The notes under the pieces are model-generated. The model was not told the DNA's origin and made no database searches. It saw only the letters and a list, made by a program, of their open reading frames with translations. Positions 1 to 12,660 of a DNA stretch of 64,000 bases are shown piece by piece (the stretch's first letter is position 1; every line of letters begins with the position of its first letter). A program made the translations under genes and the position numbers. This DNA is from Mytilus californianus (taxonomy: Eukaryota), in assembly GCF_021869535.1 (NCBI RefSeq), contig NW_026262581.1, positions 77,190,001 through 77,254,000 of the forward strand, read 5' to 3'.

Positions 1-555
1 TGGTTGTTTTACCTGCATGACGTCTTATTTATTGATTATATTTTGATACAGTTAATAAATAGAATACCGGTACTTAGAAATCGGTTACAGGTGTACAAAC
101 CTCCGGTAAATGTTACGGTTGATTAGTTACGAAATTGACCGGACCTTTGATGTACTAATTATATCATGAAATTATCATGAGTGACTTGCAACTTTTATAT
201 AATTTGACACTAATTAATAAGGACAAAATACATGACAGAGTACCTTACACTCTTATATTATTATGTATTTTATCATGTAACCAATTAACCTATTAACACC
301 TGACAGCGAGAGAACAATGGCCTTTCGCATTTATGTTGGTTAAATTAACATAAACTATTATTGATCCGACGATGGTTAAATTAACATAAACTATTATTGA
401 TCCGACAAACGGGATAATTAGATAGTTTTCAAAACGCTTTAGCTATTAGAAAGAACAGAAGTATGCAGAAATTTTCGCGGAATTTAATTTCGCGATTTCC
501 CCTTACCCGCCAAAATAAGCCAAAATAAACACCCCGCAAAAATAACCCGGTATAT

Positions 556-750
556 CAAGCCGTTAGTTTCTTGTTTGAATTGTTTTACATATATAATTTC
601 AGGGCCTTTTATAGCTTGCTATGGGGTATGGGTTTTGCTTATTGTTGAAGGTTGTACCGTGACCTCTAGTTGCTTTCTTCTACGTCATTTGGTCTCCGGT
701 GGAGAGTTGTCTCATTGGCAATCATACCACATCTTCCTTTTTTTATATTA
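556..750 (+). repeat. Abundant interspersed short repeat (probable retroelement 3' tail)
   Basis: ttgttgaagg..gtgacct.tagttg...gagagttgtctcattggcaatcataccacatct recurs at ~53290-53720, 54915-55040 and 59050-59180, and inverted at ~21351, 37523 and 38820. A related GC-richer tail lies at 51440-51720. Confidence 0.7.
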
Positions 751-858
751 AGCAAGGTCATTTCTAACACTGTTAAAATTTTATGTGTGCTCTAACAGAA
801 CAATAAGTATAAAATAGATACATACATATATATGCTAGAATTGAATATATTTGATTAC

Positions 859-1044
859 CTCCATATCCTATCTGGATGGCCAGCCTGGTAAGTTTAGCCT
901 GCAGAACTGACTTCTCTTTTCGTGCTGATGCCTGTGGTGCAGGTTTCTTTGGCTCACCATTCCCCACTTTGTTGTTGACAGCATTGGTATTATTGGAATT
1001 GTGGGAGTTTCCTGTTGGCAATTCAGGATTTATTGATCCAAGAT
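859..1044 (-). CDS. PMCA: PMCA coding exon 6 (loop after site A, basic lipid-sensing segment, entry to TM3)
   Basis: atattttgatag|ATCTTGGA...TATGGAG|gtaatc; DLGSINPELPTGNSHNSNNTNAVNNKVGNGEPKKPAPQASARKEKSVLQAKLTRLAIQIGYG; 186 nt. Confidence 0.93.
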
Positions 1045-2727
1045 CTATCAAAATATAAACTAAGCATGAAGACAACAATATATTTTATTTCAACGAATTT
1101 TTTTTATATAAAAGCTGAATTAACAAAAAAAAAGATGTTCAGTTATTATATTCATATTTCAAATGTTAATTGTCCGTTCCAAATGAAACAAGACTCTACG
1201 TTTGGTCAGTAATTTTTTCTTGTGTATGTTAACAATACTTTTCCTAACCTCTTCATGGAAGACATTTTTGTACTTTTGGCTACTGTGTGTCCCAATTATA
1301 TCAAAATGTGAATTTTGGCGAAAAAATATTGTTCAGGTTGCAGTTGGACTGAAGTTAAAATTGCATAAGTATTTTAAAAGAACCACAAATTTTTAAAATT
1401 CAAATGCCAAAGCAAGCACTGACTTTTGTGGTGATATCATCTATGCTTATTCTGTTATTATTTCTTTCCACGAAAAACAACAAGCGTAACTTGCAGAGAA
1501 TAAATATTTTATGTTTGAAAATTATAGGAGACATTTTATTTCATCAAAGAGGTAAAATAGTTACCACTTTATGAGAGTTAATGTTACTGTAAATATTGTT
1601 ACTCTTGTTTGTTAGTATAGAAATCTTAATGAAAAAATACTTTTCAGAGATCATGAGACACACACAAGTGGATTTAACTAATTTATGTCATAATAGGCTG
1701 TTTTTATGCAACTTTATGTTTCAAATGTTTATGTATATTACATTATATATAAAACACATATGTATATATGAAACAATCAATTCACGCATCTACAGCAATA
1801 CTAGATCGCCATGCACAAACTGATGAGAAAAATCAATCTGAAGTATAAAACCAAGTTACCAACAGGAAACCAATTTACCCCTTTTGGTCCTTTATAAAAC
1901 TGACTGGTCCCTAAACTTGCTAACCAATAGATAACCCATTTGAATTTTCACAAAACCTTTAACAGTGTTGTAAACTTTGATCACCAGATAAAAATTAATA
2001 AGAACATGGCACAAAATCTAAAATCCTGGTCTAGCATTTACATAGCCCAACAATAATCAGCAGCCTGTAAGCCCTTATAGGAACTATTTTAAAGGAGTAG
2101 GAATATTAAATTAAGAATCTTATTTGAACCAAAATATAATGCAAATATAAAAATCTGCATATGACATCCCCGAGTCAACTGAAGAGGAACTATGTTCTTT
2201 GGTCTTGATCTATAATATTTGTATTTTTTAACCTGGGATGGTTGGATGTCTATGACATCTACTGTATGTAGGGGACCATTTCACCTAAATAATGTTCACT
2301 GTTGGAAACCATACAGCGGATTTCATTTACAAATATTACAAGACCAACATAAAATCAAAATAACAACAAAGGAATCAATAGCTCTCTGTTTAAAAACCTG
2401 CATGCAAAATCTGAACTGTGTGTTCATGCAAAACCACTTCTTTTATGCCCGAACTCAAACAATAGACTTGTATAATAGAAACTGGCTAGTTCAATGGAAA
2501 TTTAACTTAAAAACATTTCAATAATTCTCAGGAATTGAAATCAATATTGCTCAGTCATTTGTCAGTGAAGCTTTTTGCTTCAGGTGACTATACCACAGAT
2601 TTACATCAGTTCTTTCTATCTGAGCAATTCTGGTTTTAACACCTGATATTTAAAAAAAATAAAAATCCAATGAATAACTTGCAACAGAATTGATTATCAG
2701 TCATAAGATTTCAGTTGCTTCCTGCTC

Positions 2728-3080
2728 AATACTTCCTTCTATCAGAATGAAGTTATGCATAACCTTTACTATTTTTTTAAAGATAGAAAACTGAAGCCAA
2801 GCATGAACATTTTTCATAAACTCCTGAAGCCATTCAAGTTTGAATACTTCCTTCTATCAGCATGCAGTTATTCATAACCTTGACTTTATTCTAAAGTTAG
2901 AAAACTGAAGCCAATCTGTGAAACATTTTCCAAAAACTCCTGCAGCTATACAAGTTAGCCTCAAAGACCATTGTCTGTACACCTGACACAATGTTCATTT
3001 CAATGAAAAGTATCTGAACATGTGACACAATGTTCATTTCAATGAAAATGTCTGTACACCTGACACAATGTCCACTTCAA
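2728..3080. repeat. 115-bp direct duplication (2728-2945) plus three 38-39-bp tandem units (2972-3080)
   Basis: aatacttccttctatcag at 2728 and 2843; gacacaatg at 2985, 3024 and 3062. Confidence 0.9.
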
Positions 3081-3144
3081 TGACATGACAAAGCAGGAAA
3101 TCACATGCCAAACGCATGCCGAAAAAATATATAAATACACATAC

Positions 3145-3174
3145 CCACTTTAACGTCAGCGTCACTAGTAAGCA
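3145..3174 (-). CDS. Candidate alternative microexon A3 (30 nt, phase 1-1), VLTSDADVKV
   Basis: Long T-tract ttatgttttttttattag|TGCTTACTAGTGACGCTGACGTTAAAGTGG|gtatgt; no stop; two GCATG motifs within 40 nt downstream. Confidence 0.6.
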
Positions 3175-5040
3175 CTAATAAAAAAAAACATAAAAATAAT
3201 AAAATTAATAAATAATTTGGTAAATTTATAAATATTTGAAATGAATATAGTACAGAGCTAGAAAATCTATTGTAAATTAAAGGTAATAAAGGAAATGTAG
3301 AACATATCATATATAGAAATTGTATATTCATATAAAATTGCATGCTGAAGTAAATAAATAAGGATATACTGACATCCTGAAAATAACTTGCAAATAAATC
3401 TTATTTCTTCAAACACAGATAGGTGTATATTTTTTCTGATTTACTTTAATTATTTGTCATACATCTCCTCTGATTGTTGCTGAAATATTTGTCATATAAT
3501 TGTTTGCATAATATCACAATGTGTTCTGAATGTTAGAAAAGAAAGACCAATTGAGTTTCTATACTGTAAAACTTGCTTTACTTACAAACAAATTCAACTT
3601 TCTTAATCGATTTACAGTTTTTTCTAAGGAGTAATACCAAAGGGCCAATACAAGTATATTTGTATCAACAAAGCCTAAAATATAGGTCACAGTGGCTATC
3701 TTTCATAAGTGATTATTATACTCTCTAAGATGCATCCTTATATGAAGTCATAGGGTTATAGGTTACTTAATATCTGAGATCTGAACTTGGACATAAACTT
3801 CATTGCAGTTAAAGTGTAAAATGTAGGTCAGATTGACCTTCTTTTTTCTGCTTTACTTGCCAAGATGCTAACTTAAACTGAGTAATATGATTTACTGTCA
3901 CTTTTATTTGAAATTAGATCTTGAATGTAAACTTAATAAAAGCCAATGGAGCATAAAATATAGGTCAGAGTGAGATACTTTAAAAAATAAATGCTACTCC
4001 ACAAGATACTTCCTTGTTATAAGCTTGTTAGTCACTAAGTGTCTGAAATCTGAACTTGAAACTAAAATTGATTTTCAATCTGTGAAATATAAAATATTCT
4101 GTGGATTTATTTTCAATAATCACAGAATGAAACGTTTTTTTTATAAAGTTATTAAGGTAAAAAAAAATTTGCACAGAGGACCTAGTTTAATTTATATGCA
4201 TGCATTGGTTCAATAATTTGCATAATATTATAACACTCTTAAATAGATTTTATGTGACTTTCAAACATCTCTTTTTTTTTAATTCTAAAATGACCGCTAA
4301 TCCACAAACGAAAATTTTCTCATGACGTGTAGACATCTCTAAATACCATGCAGTAGCAATAATAGCCAGCCACCAATAGCATAAGCACAGAAAGGAAAGA
4401 TGCATTAAAAGACTGAAAGAAAAATTCATCTAAAATAAACAGACAAATATCAACAAATTCTAAATATCAAAATTCAAATTTGAACAAATATTAATAATTA
4501 GTAAGCTTTTCAGGCACAATTTCAGAAATTACTTTTAATGTGAATCCTTGTACAAAACAAATAATCTGAAGGTTTCACATAAACTGCTTTTTAGAAAATA
4601 ATTGTTTAACCAATTTCAAGAATAAAACTTTTGCATCACAAATGCTTAACATTTATAAATGTTTTACTGGATTCAAACATTTTGAGATATTGAAGTATTA
4701 AATGTTATTTCTTTTCCTTAGGCAAAGCTATTGATTATCATCTTTATCTTTTATAAATAGAAATGTATATTATGAAAAAATAAGATATATGACAAAATAA
4801 ATAAATCAAATAATAATATAATATGAACTGTCCAATATCTTGACATAAACAAATAAGAATAATAGAATAGAAATAATAAAATCAAAGCCAAACATATAAA
4901 GAAATGCAATAAAAAAGAAAAGAATAGCCAGACAAGACTGTATGAAATTTTTAGGATAGAAATGCAATAAATAAAAAGCCAAATAACATGTATAGAATGT
5001 ATATAATAAAACAAGTAATAAATAAAAAGCCAAATAACAC

Positions 5041-5290
5041 GTATAAAATGTGTATGATAGAAAAGCATTACAGAATACGCCACATTACATGAATAAAATG
5101 TGCATGATAGAAAAGCATTACAGAATAAGCCACATTACATGTATAAAATGTGTATGATAGAAAAGCATTACAGAATAAGCCACATTACATGTATAAAATG
5201 TGTATGATAGAAAAGCATTACAGAATTAGCCACATTACATGTATAAAATGTGTATGATAGAAAAGCATTACAGAATTAGCCATATAACAT
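5041..5290. repeat. 50-bp minisatellite x5, with degenerate units upstream to ~4800
   Basis: gtataaaatgtgtatgatagaaaagcattacagaataagccacattacat repeated every 50 nt. Confidence 0.95.
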
Positions 5291-6750
5291 GTACACAATG
5301 AGTAGTGTAACATTCAAAGCACAAAGTCAAGGTGAACATGATTGCTTTATAATGATTGCTTGAAGGCTTGCTGGACTTAAGAAGGGACTGATGTATTGCT
5401 TTCTTCCACCCACCATAGAGAATAAGTAGAGGATTATCTCAAACAACTATTAGATCACATTATGGTCATGGTATTTCTATATAGAATATGGACATGAACA
5501 AATACTAAAGCCTCAAAGGAACTGTATCATTCACCTGGTATAATAAAATGAACTAATGATTGTTTGCTTGTTGTTTGTTTAACGTCCAGTGGCAAATATT
5601 TCATGTATGTTCAGGACGACATTTATTTCTGTAAATTTTTAAAAAAGCGTTGTGCTTTGGTAGATGAAAGTCTTAAAAAATGCAGAAAACTCCTCAGAAC
5701 AGTTTTGAGCTAGGATTTACAATACATTTTGCATGACAATACTATCCCTAGCATCCACTTGAGGCTTTTCTGAAAACTTGTAACAAGAATCTAACAAGAA
5801 GTTGCACATGATGTATATCCCCTCTTCTTGTCAGACACAATTAAAAATGTAAAGTATGATCAATCAGAAAGTGACTACCAGTAACTTGCTATAAAAAAAT
5901 TGCTTACAGGGTACAGCTTAACATTATAAAGAATCAGACCAAATATCAAATCATTCCTTAATACAGGAGTTCAGTAATATGTAACCACAGCTTTTCAGAG
6001 GTGAAGTTTACAAAGAGATGACGACAGACAATGGATGCAAAGTGATGGCTTAACCTACATTTTGCTATAGTGTTGTTACTTCATTGTTGTGCAGTGTTTG
6101 GAAGCATGCATGTTATTATTTCGTGACAGTAAATGCAGAGAAAGTACATGTGGAAAGATAATATAAAAAAAAATGAAAAAGAAAATGAAAATGGAATGTA
6201 TTTATGTAAACTCTGGACATAAATTGTGAGACAACAAAGTAATAACCACACAGAGGAAGTTAGAAATAGACACAGGTTTTTTTTCCAGACGAAATGAATG
6301 CTTTATGAAAGTAAACAAAGAAGTGAGTTTCCATCTTTTTATCAAAGTAAACAAATACAGAAAACTAAGATGACAATTGGTACTAAATATATTCTGATCC
6401 CACTGAATGTTGTATTAACATGTTAAATCTTTCACCAAACAAAGCAATGGGGGGAAGGTCAGGGTTGGTGGACATAAAGATGTAAGGCACTATGTCACCT
6501 TCACTTTTTGGTAAACATATCAATGCAACATAAGATCAACATATCTTATATCCTTAGAACTTTATGAACATACCAATCATAAAACTCAAAGGATATTATT
6601 TACTTTTTTCCAAAAAAGTTTTGTATGTTAATATATGTAATAATCATACTTGTAAAAAAAGAATTTTTATGTAAATAGTGCTGTTTTTTCTATGTTGATC
6701 TTTATTTGTGAAACTATCTAAAATCTATACAAGGGAGGTAACTGACTTAC

Positions 6751-6786
6751 ATGGAACTGTTTGTCCGGCAGTGTTAGTCTGTGAAC
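6751..6786 (-). CDS. Candidate alternative microexon A2 (36 nt, phase 1-1), GSQTNTAGQTVP
   Basis: atgcttccttcccgactctggcttacag|GTTCACAGACTAACACTGCCGGACAAACAGTTCCAT|gtaagt; good acceptor, consensus GTAAGT donor, no stop, GC-rich relative to the intron. Confidence 0.7.
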
Positions 6787-7564
6787 CTGTAAGCCAGAGT
6801 CGGGAAGGAAGCATAGTTATAAAAGTCAACAAATGTCCCAATATAAAGGATCTTCACTTCAAAATGTACCTCACACTTTTTTTCACCTCTTAAAAACATA
6901 AACATGTTTCGGGTGTTGTTTTTAATGAAATTACGAGCCAATCAGAGAGTACATTATGTTCAATGAAATACTAAAGTCCCATTACATATAAAAAGTGAAG
7001 TACATTTAAAAAGTGCATATAATTTCATTCATATAACAGACTATTATCATATCAATACACTCTAAAGGATTGAATAAGTGCACAGGTGCATATTGTATGG
7101 TCTCACAACAGAACACATTGCTATCTAACAACCAAAAAACAGCAAGCAATTTTCTAAGGTTGAGAGGCGCAGACTTCAAAAATTATTTAGAATCAGTGAA
7201 AAACTAGCAGAGAAGATCATTTGTGAATAGTGATCTTTTTGAAATACATGAATGAATAAATCAGTATTTTAAAGTGTTAATTGTATCAAGTTTGGAATAA
7301 CACAAGTTAACATTTTGAAAAGTTTGAAATAAGAAGAAAAATTTTGAAAGACCCTTCATTCAAACCAAAATGATGGTAGTATAAAAAGATGACAGGATTA
7401 CAATTATAATTCATTTTTTTCATTTTAACACAACATATGCATAAAAGTCTTCTTTTCTTTTCATTTTCAAATTAGAAATGTTAGCTGTAAGTAAATCATG
7501 AAAATTGTTTGCCATTTTTCTGACAACAAAATAATAAAACTGAGAAGGCATTATTGTACTTTAC

Positions 7565-7588
7565 CTCGATATGCCACTATTGTCACTT
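7565..7588 (-). CDS. Candidate alternative microexon A1 (24 nt, phase 1-1), EVTIVAYR
   Basis: Branch-like CTGAC, a TGC and a T-tract precede tttatttgag|AAGTGACAATAGTGGCATATCGAG|gtaaag; no stop; frame-preserving. The GAG acceptor is weak. Confidence 0.45.
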
Positions 7589-8405
7589 CTCAAATAAAAA
7601 AACAAGCAAGTCAGTTGTGCTCATTCATCAATCTTAACCCTAAGGTTGCCATGTAAATTTATTTTATTATGGATATACATATACGTACAGCATATAAAAA
7701 TAATTTTGTAAAATAAACTCAGTGCTAATAAACATTTTTTTTTAATATGAACATAAGTCTATTTTGAAGACAGACAAAATTTCTACCAACTGGAAAATGA
7801 TTGGTTTCTATAATGTAGAGGAGAACGAGAGAAAAGAACAAACATGCAAACTGTACAAAATATTAAATAGGAAAAAATTCAAAACCATATAAAAATAAGA
7901 CATCCTATTTTTCTTTTAGCTCTAAAATTAAAAGTTGTGAAATAAAAGATAAAATATTTACAATACTGTATTAAGAGTAAAGACTACCATGAAAGTATTA
8001 ACCAGTTGGTAGAATCAATGCCAATGTTCATAAATCATTTAAGCAGCTGTGACAATAAAAAAAAATTGACAGCTATACTCTAACAGTCACTGTGTATACT
8101 AAAAGTTGACCACTTCTATATGAGACCAAGTGAAAAAAGGTAACCCCCGGCAGGTGTCAAATTTTCAAGCAAGGCAATCTGATCAATAGTCAATTTTGCA
8201 ATTACCTTACTGAATTTTTTTTATTTTTTGGCAATGGGCAACAACACCTAGATAGAACAGACTGTATCCCTGTCTATACAAATCTTATGGTAAGTGCATG
8301 TATTGGAAGATTTGGACAAATGAAAACTTTCAAGCATTTAACTGCATAATCATCCACTTTGCAATCCCATTTTAACCATAAATGTGTAATGCAAGTTACG
8401 AAGTA

Positions 8406-10281
8406 AATAAAATGCTCCGCAGGGCGCAGCTTGATACGACCGCAGAGGTCGAACCCTGAACAGTTGGGGCAAGTATGGACACAACATTCAAGCTTGATAC
8501 AGCTCTGAATTTGGATTGTGATTAAATATTTGACACAGCATAGGTTTCTGACACAGAATGAATGTGGTCTAAGAACTTAAAAATTTTAAATTGGACATTC
8601 ACCTATTATGGTCCAATATCCAAAATCTAAATACATGGTTAGATTCAGAATATCAAAGAACCCCAAGAATTCAATTTTTGATGAAATCAAACAAAGTTTA
8701 ATTTTGGACCCTTTTGACCTCAATGTGGACAAAGTTGATAACGGGGCCCAAAAATCTAAATACATGGTTAGATTCAGCATATCAAAGAACCCCATATATT
8801 CAATTTTTGTTGAAATCAAACAAAGTTTAATTTTGGACCCCGATTTGGACCAACTTGAAAACTGGGCCCATAATCAAAAATCTAAATACATGTTTAGATT
8901 CAGCATATCAAAGAACACTAAAAATTCAATTTTTGTTAAAATCAAACTAAGTTTAATTTTGGACCCTTTGGACCTTAATGTAGACCAATTTGAAAACGGA
9001 ACCAAAAATTAAGAATCTAAATACACGGTTAGATTTGGCATATCAAAGAACCCCAATAATTCAATTTTTGATGAAATCAAACAAAGTTAAATTTTGGACC
9101 CTTTGGACCTCAATGTGGACCAATTTAAAAACGGGGCCCAAAATCCAAAAACTTAATACACAGTTATATTCAGCATATTAAAGAACCCCAAGAATTCAAG
9201 AATAAAACCCCATTGAAATTGATCAAGAAATAAGCAATTTATAAGAAGTATCTTCTTTTGCACAATACTGTGCAATTGAATATTTCTTGCTATTGCGCAA
9301 TACTGTGCAATTGAAGATTTCTTGCTATTGCGCAATACTGTGCAATTGAAGATTTCTTGCTATTGTGCAATACTGTACATGTGCAATTGAAAATTTCTTG
9401 CTATTGCACAATACTTATTATATAAAAATTTACACATCCTGTTTGGTGTGTATCTCCTACCATATCATTATTATTTGCTTTTAAATATAAATCAGAAATA
9501 ACCAACTTAAAAGGGAAAATTTTAAAAGAAAAAAAAAGGAAAAAAAGAAAATAAAAGAAAAAAAAAAAAATCCCCCCCCCCCTCAAATTTTTTGAACCCC
9601 CTTATGATTCATCACCCCCAAACTCAATCCCAGCCTTCCCTTTGTGGTATGGTACCTTGCAGTACAATTTCAGAGAGATCCATACACTTGAACACAAGTT
9701 ATTGTCTTGAAACTAGAAAAATGCTTATTTTTGGCCCCTTTTTGGCCCCCAATTCCTAAACGTTTCAGGCAATTACCCCCTAACTCAATTCCAGCTTTCC
9801 CTTTGTGATATGAAACCTTGTAGTACAATTTCAGAAATATCCAAACACTTACACACAAGTTATTGTCATGAAACTAGAAAAATGCTTGTTTTTTGCCCCT
9901 TTTTTGGCCCCTAATTCCTAAAATTTTGAGGCAATTACCCCCAAAATCAATTACAGCCTTCCCTTTGTGATATGGAACCTTGTGGTACAATGTCAGAGAG
10001 ATCCATACACTTACACACAAGTTATTGTCTGAAAGTTACAAAAATGCTTATTTTTGGCCCCTTTTTGGCCCCTAATTCCTTAACTGTTGGTACCATAAAC
10101 CCCAAAATCAATCCCAACCTTCCTTTCGTGGTATTGAACCTTATGGTAAAATTTCATGGAGATCCATTCACTTAAACTAAAGTTAGAGTGCGAAAACCAA
10201 TGTGTCTTCGGACGACGACGACGCCAACGTCATACCAATATACGACCAAAAAATTTTTAATTTTTGCGGTCGTATAAAAAT
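8406..10281 (+). mobile_element. Non-autonomous Helentron-like element (HINE), family A, copy 1
   Basis: 5' subterminal ATACGACCGCA is the reverse complement of 3' TGCGGTCGTAT. It has a 3' stem-loop (tatacgacc...ggtcgtata) preceded by a (GAC)n microsatellite, and internal ~130-bp, ~30-bp and ~150-bp tandem arrays. A near-identical copy lies at 35081. Confidence 0.85.
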
Positions 10282-10387
10282 TATTGTCAAATCATGCCCA
10301 ATACACCATGCTCATATTGCTTTGTATAAGCAGAGATACAGTTTGTATTATTTATGGGTTGTCTTCCTTTGCAAAAGATTTTAAATT

Positions 10388-10712
10388 TGGAAACATGTGT
10401 TGTTTCCCTTTTTCTAAATGATTCTAAAATTAAAAACATGTTTTGTTTCCCTTTTTCTAAAAGATTCTTAATTTAGAAACATGTGTTGTTTCCCTTTTTC
10501 TAAATGATTTTAAAATTGAAAACATGTTTTGTTTCCCTTTTTCTAAAAGATTCTAAATATAGAAACATGTGTTGTTTCCCTTTTTCTAAACGATTTTAAA
10601 ATTGAAAACATGTTTTGTTTCCCTTTTTCTAAAATATTCTAAATTTAGAAACATGTGTTGTTTCCCTTTTTCTAAAATTTTCTTAAACTGGAAATATGTT
10701 TTGTTTCCCTTT
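10388..10712. repeat. 43-bp minisatellite x8 organised as an 86-bp dimer
   Basis: aaacatg anchors at 10391, 10434, 10477, 10520, 10563, 10606, 10649 and 10692, strictly alternating GTGTTG and TTTTG variants. Confidence 0.95.
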
Positions 10713-12660
10713 GAAACAGTTTGAGAACAAAGTTGGGAGTTGGAAAAAGGACATTTTGATTAGCTTCTTATACTGTCAGTCTGTCAAAAACTTTTAAAAG
10801 TTACAAATGTCTGTTCATGTATACTCTAAGTCTCTAACTCTATTCAATTAAAAATGGAATAAACTTATCTATTGTTTAAGCTTTTCAACAAAATATTCAG
10901 GTATTACTGGATCACAATGACTGTTAGCATGGATATCTCAAAATGAGCACAATGACTATTTGTAAACAACATATAGACAACAAACAAACAACATTTTACT
11001 TATCTATTAATATACTACACAAATATTCAATGTTGGAATTTATTTATATATGTATATATTTTCTTAAAAGATAAGTTTATTATATTTAATATCTGTATAA
11101 TATTTTCAGAAACAAGACAAACTTAATTAATTAGCAGCAACTAGCGAAAGTCATTAGCTTATAGTTTAGGCCAAAATAACCCCCTTTAATAGCCTTTTTC
11201 CTTATCATATTTTTTTTAAGTATCTTATTGTTGATATGTACTTAATCCTTTTCCTGATGATTGGACAGTTTGAAGTAGATGTACTAATTTTATTTAAGAT
11301 AAGAACTGACAAAAACATCTTTCTGCGTTGGTTTTTTAGTCTCTTATTTTCAAGTCTTGTTTTAATTTTTCCACTGTGAGACAGTTTTATCATTCAAAGT
11401 TTTAGTAATATAACTAAAACTGTAATGAATTTGTAATTTATGTTGCTTATGAAATATTACATTGAGTTTATATGCCATTAAGAATGGCCATAGTAACTCA
11501 TCAGTTATTTTACATATGACAAGTCACCAGCTTGGGACTAACAATATTGACTGAACACACTATATTTTATTATATGAAATGACCTTTACTTTACTGTATC
11601 AATCATGTGAAGGCCATTATCCTATATCCATACATTTATTGATCTAGACTTATAACATTATTGTATTAATTGAATTTTTGTCATTTTATATTTATGGTGT
11701 TATCTACCTAATCCTTTTTCTGATATATGGATGATTTTTACATTATCACTTTCTCGTCATTCTTTAAAAAAAAAATCATATGTATTACAGTTACTATTTA
11801 AAAAGTTTGTATGTATTATAATGCCTTAAAAATAATGATTCCACTTAAAAAAAAAAAAAAAATATAAGGGACTCACGACAGGAAATCTATCTTTTTATTA
11901 AGTTTTTTTATAACTTAAAGACTACTATGCAAGAAATGTAAACAGTCAATTGGAACTATTTCAAACTGGTCTCATTTATTCTTATAGTAAATTTCAATTT
12001 AAAAAATAATTAAAAGCATGAAATAATTTATTTTCAATATAAACTAGCGATGCAAAAAATCTCTATTGAAAATATTCTCACTTGAAAACTTATTTTTGAG
12101 TTATCAAGAAGATTTTTCTACACATTTCCAATATGCCTAAATGTGAAATTGGTACTGATTATTCAATAACAATATATGATTTGAAGGAACCCTCTTGTCA
12201 AAGTAGGTCTCAATGTGTTCAGTGATTCTTAAAACTATTTTTAAATTGTTACCCCCAATTTCTTGACAGTATTTATGATTATTGTATAAGACATGCAAAA
12301 CACGACAGAATGACAAAAGCACATTTACAACATAACATAACCACAGATCAGCTGCCTTAAAACTCTGTGTAGTTTAGTGATAAAACAACTGCCTATGGTT
12401 TTCTCATTGTATTCCTTCTTTGTTTGGTAATATTTTAAATCTAAATCAAAAAAATAAAAATATTTAACATGTGTTGGGATGTTAAAAATATGAGCTGTTT
12501 TTCATGCCAATCTGGATCTCTCAACAATTAAATCATTTTTTTATATGAAAAAAATGCTAACATTAATCAAATGTTAGACAATGAGGACAATGCCTTAAAA
12601 ACCTAATAACAATTACATGTACTAATGCAATCATTCTGGTATGTTTATTATTAATTTTTA

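Noticed and set aside
337-406. 36-bp direct duplication in a CpG-richer segment at the window edge
   Set aside because: Real but only two copies; it probably belongs to a repeat truncated by the window boundary, and no function can be inferred.
3586-3623. Further AG...GT segments in the site-A intron (38 nt here; 19 nt at 6870-6888; 11 nt at 1879-1889)
   Set aside because: Lengths are not multiples of 3 and acceptors are weaker. They also show that chance matches occur, which tempers confidence in A1-A3.
4751-5083. Hydrophobic 110-aa and 75-aa ORFs (also 39357-39691)
   Set aside because: Low-complexity translation of AT-rich minisatellites.
8586-10175. ORFs of 60-134 aa inside HINE arrays (also 22792-23293, 26285-26653, 35266-36625, 60905-61165)
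   Set aside because: They are translations of tandem units in non-autonomous elements; stops and frames differ between copies, and there is no Rep/helicase motif.
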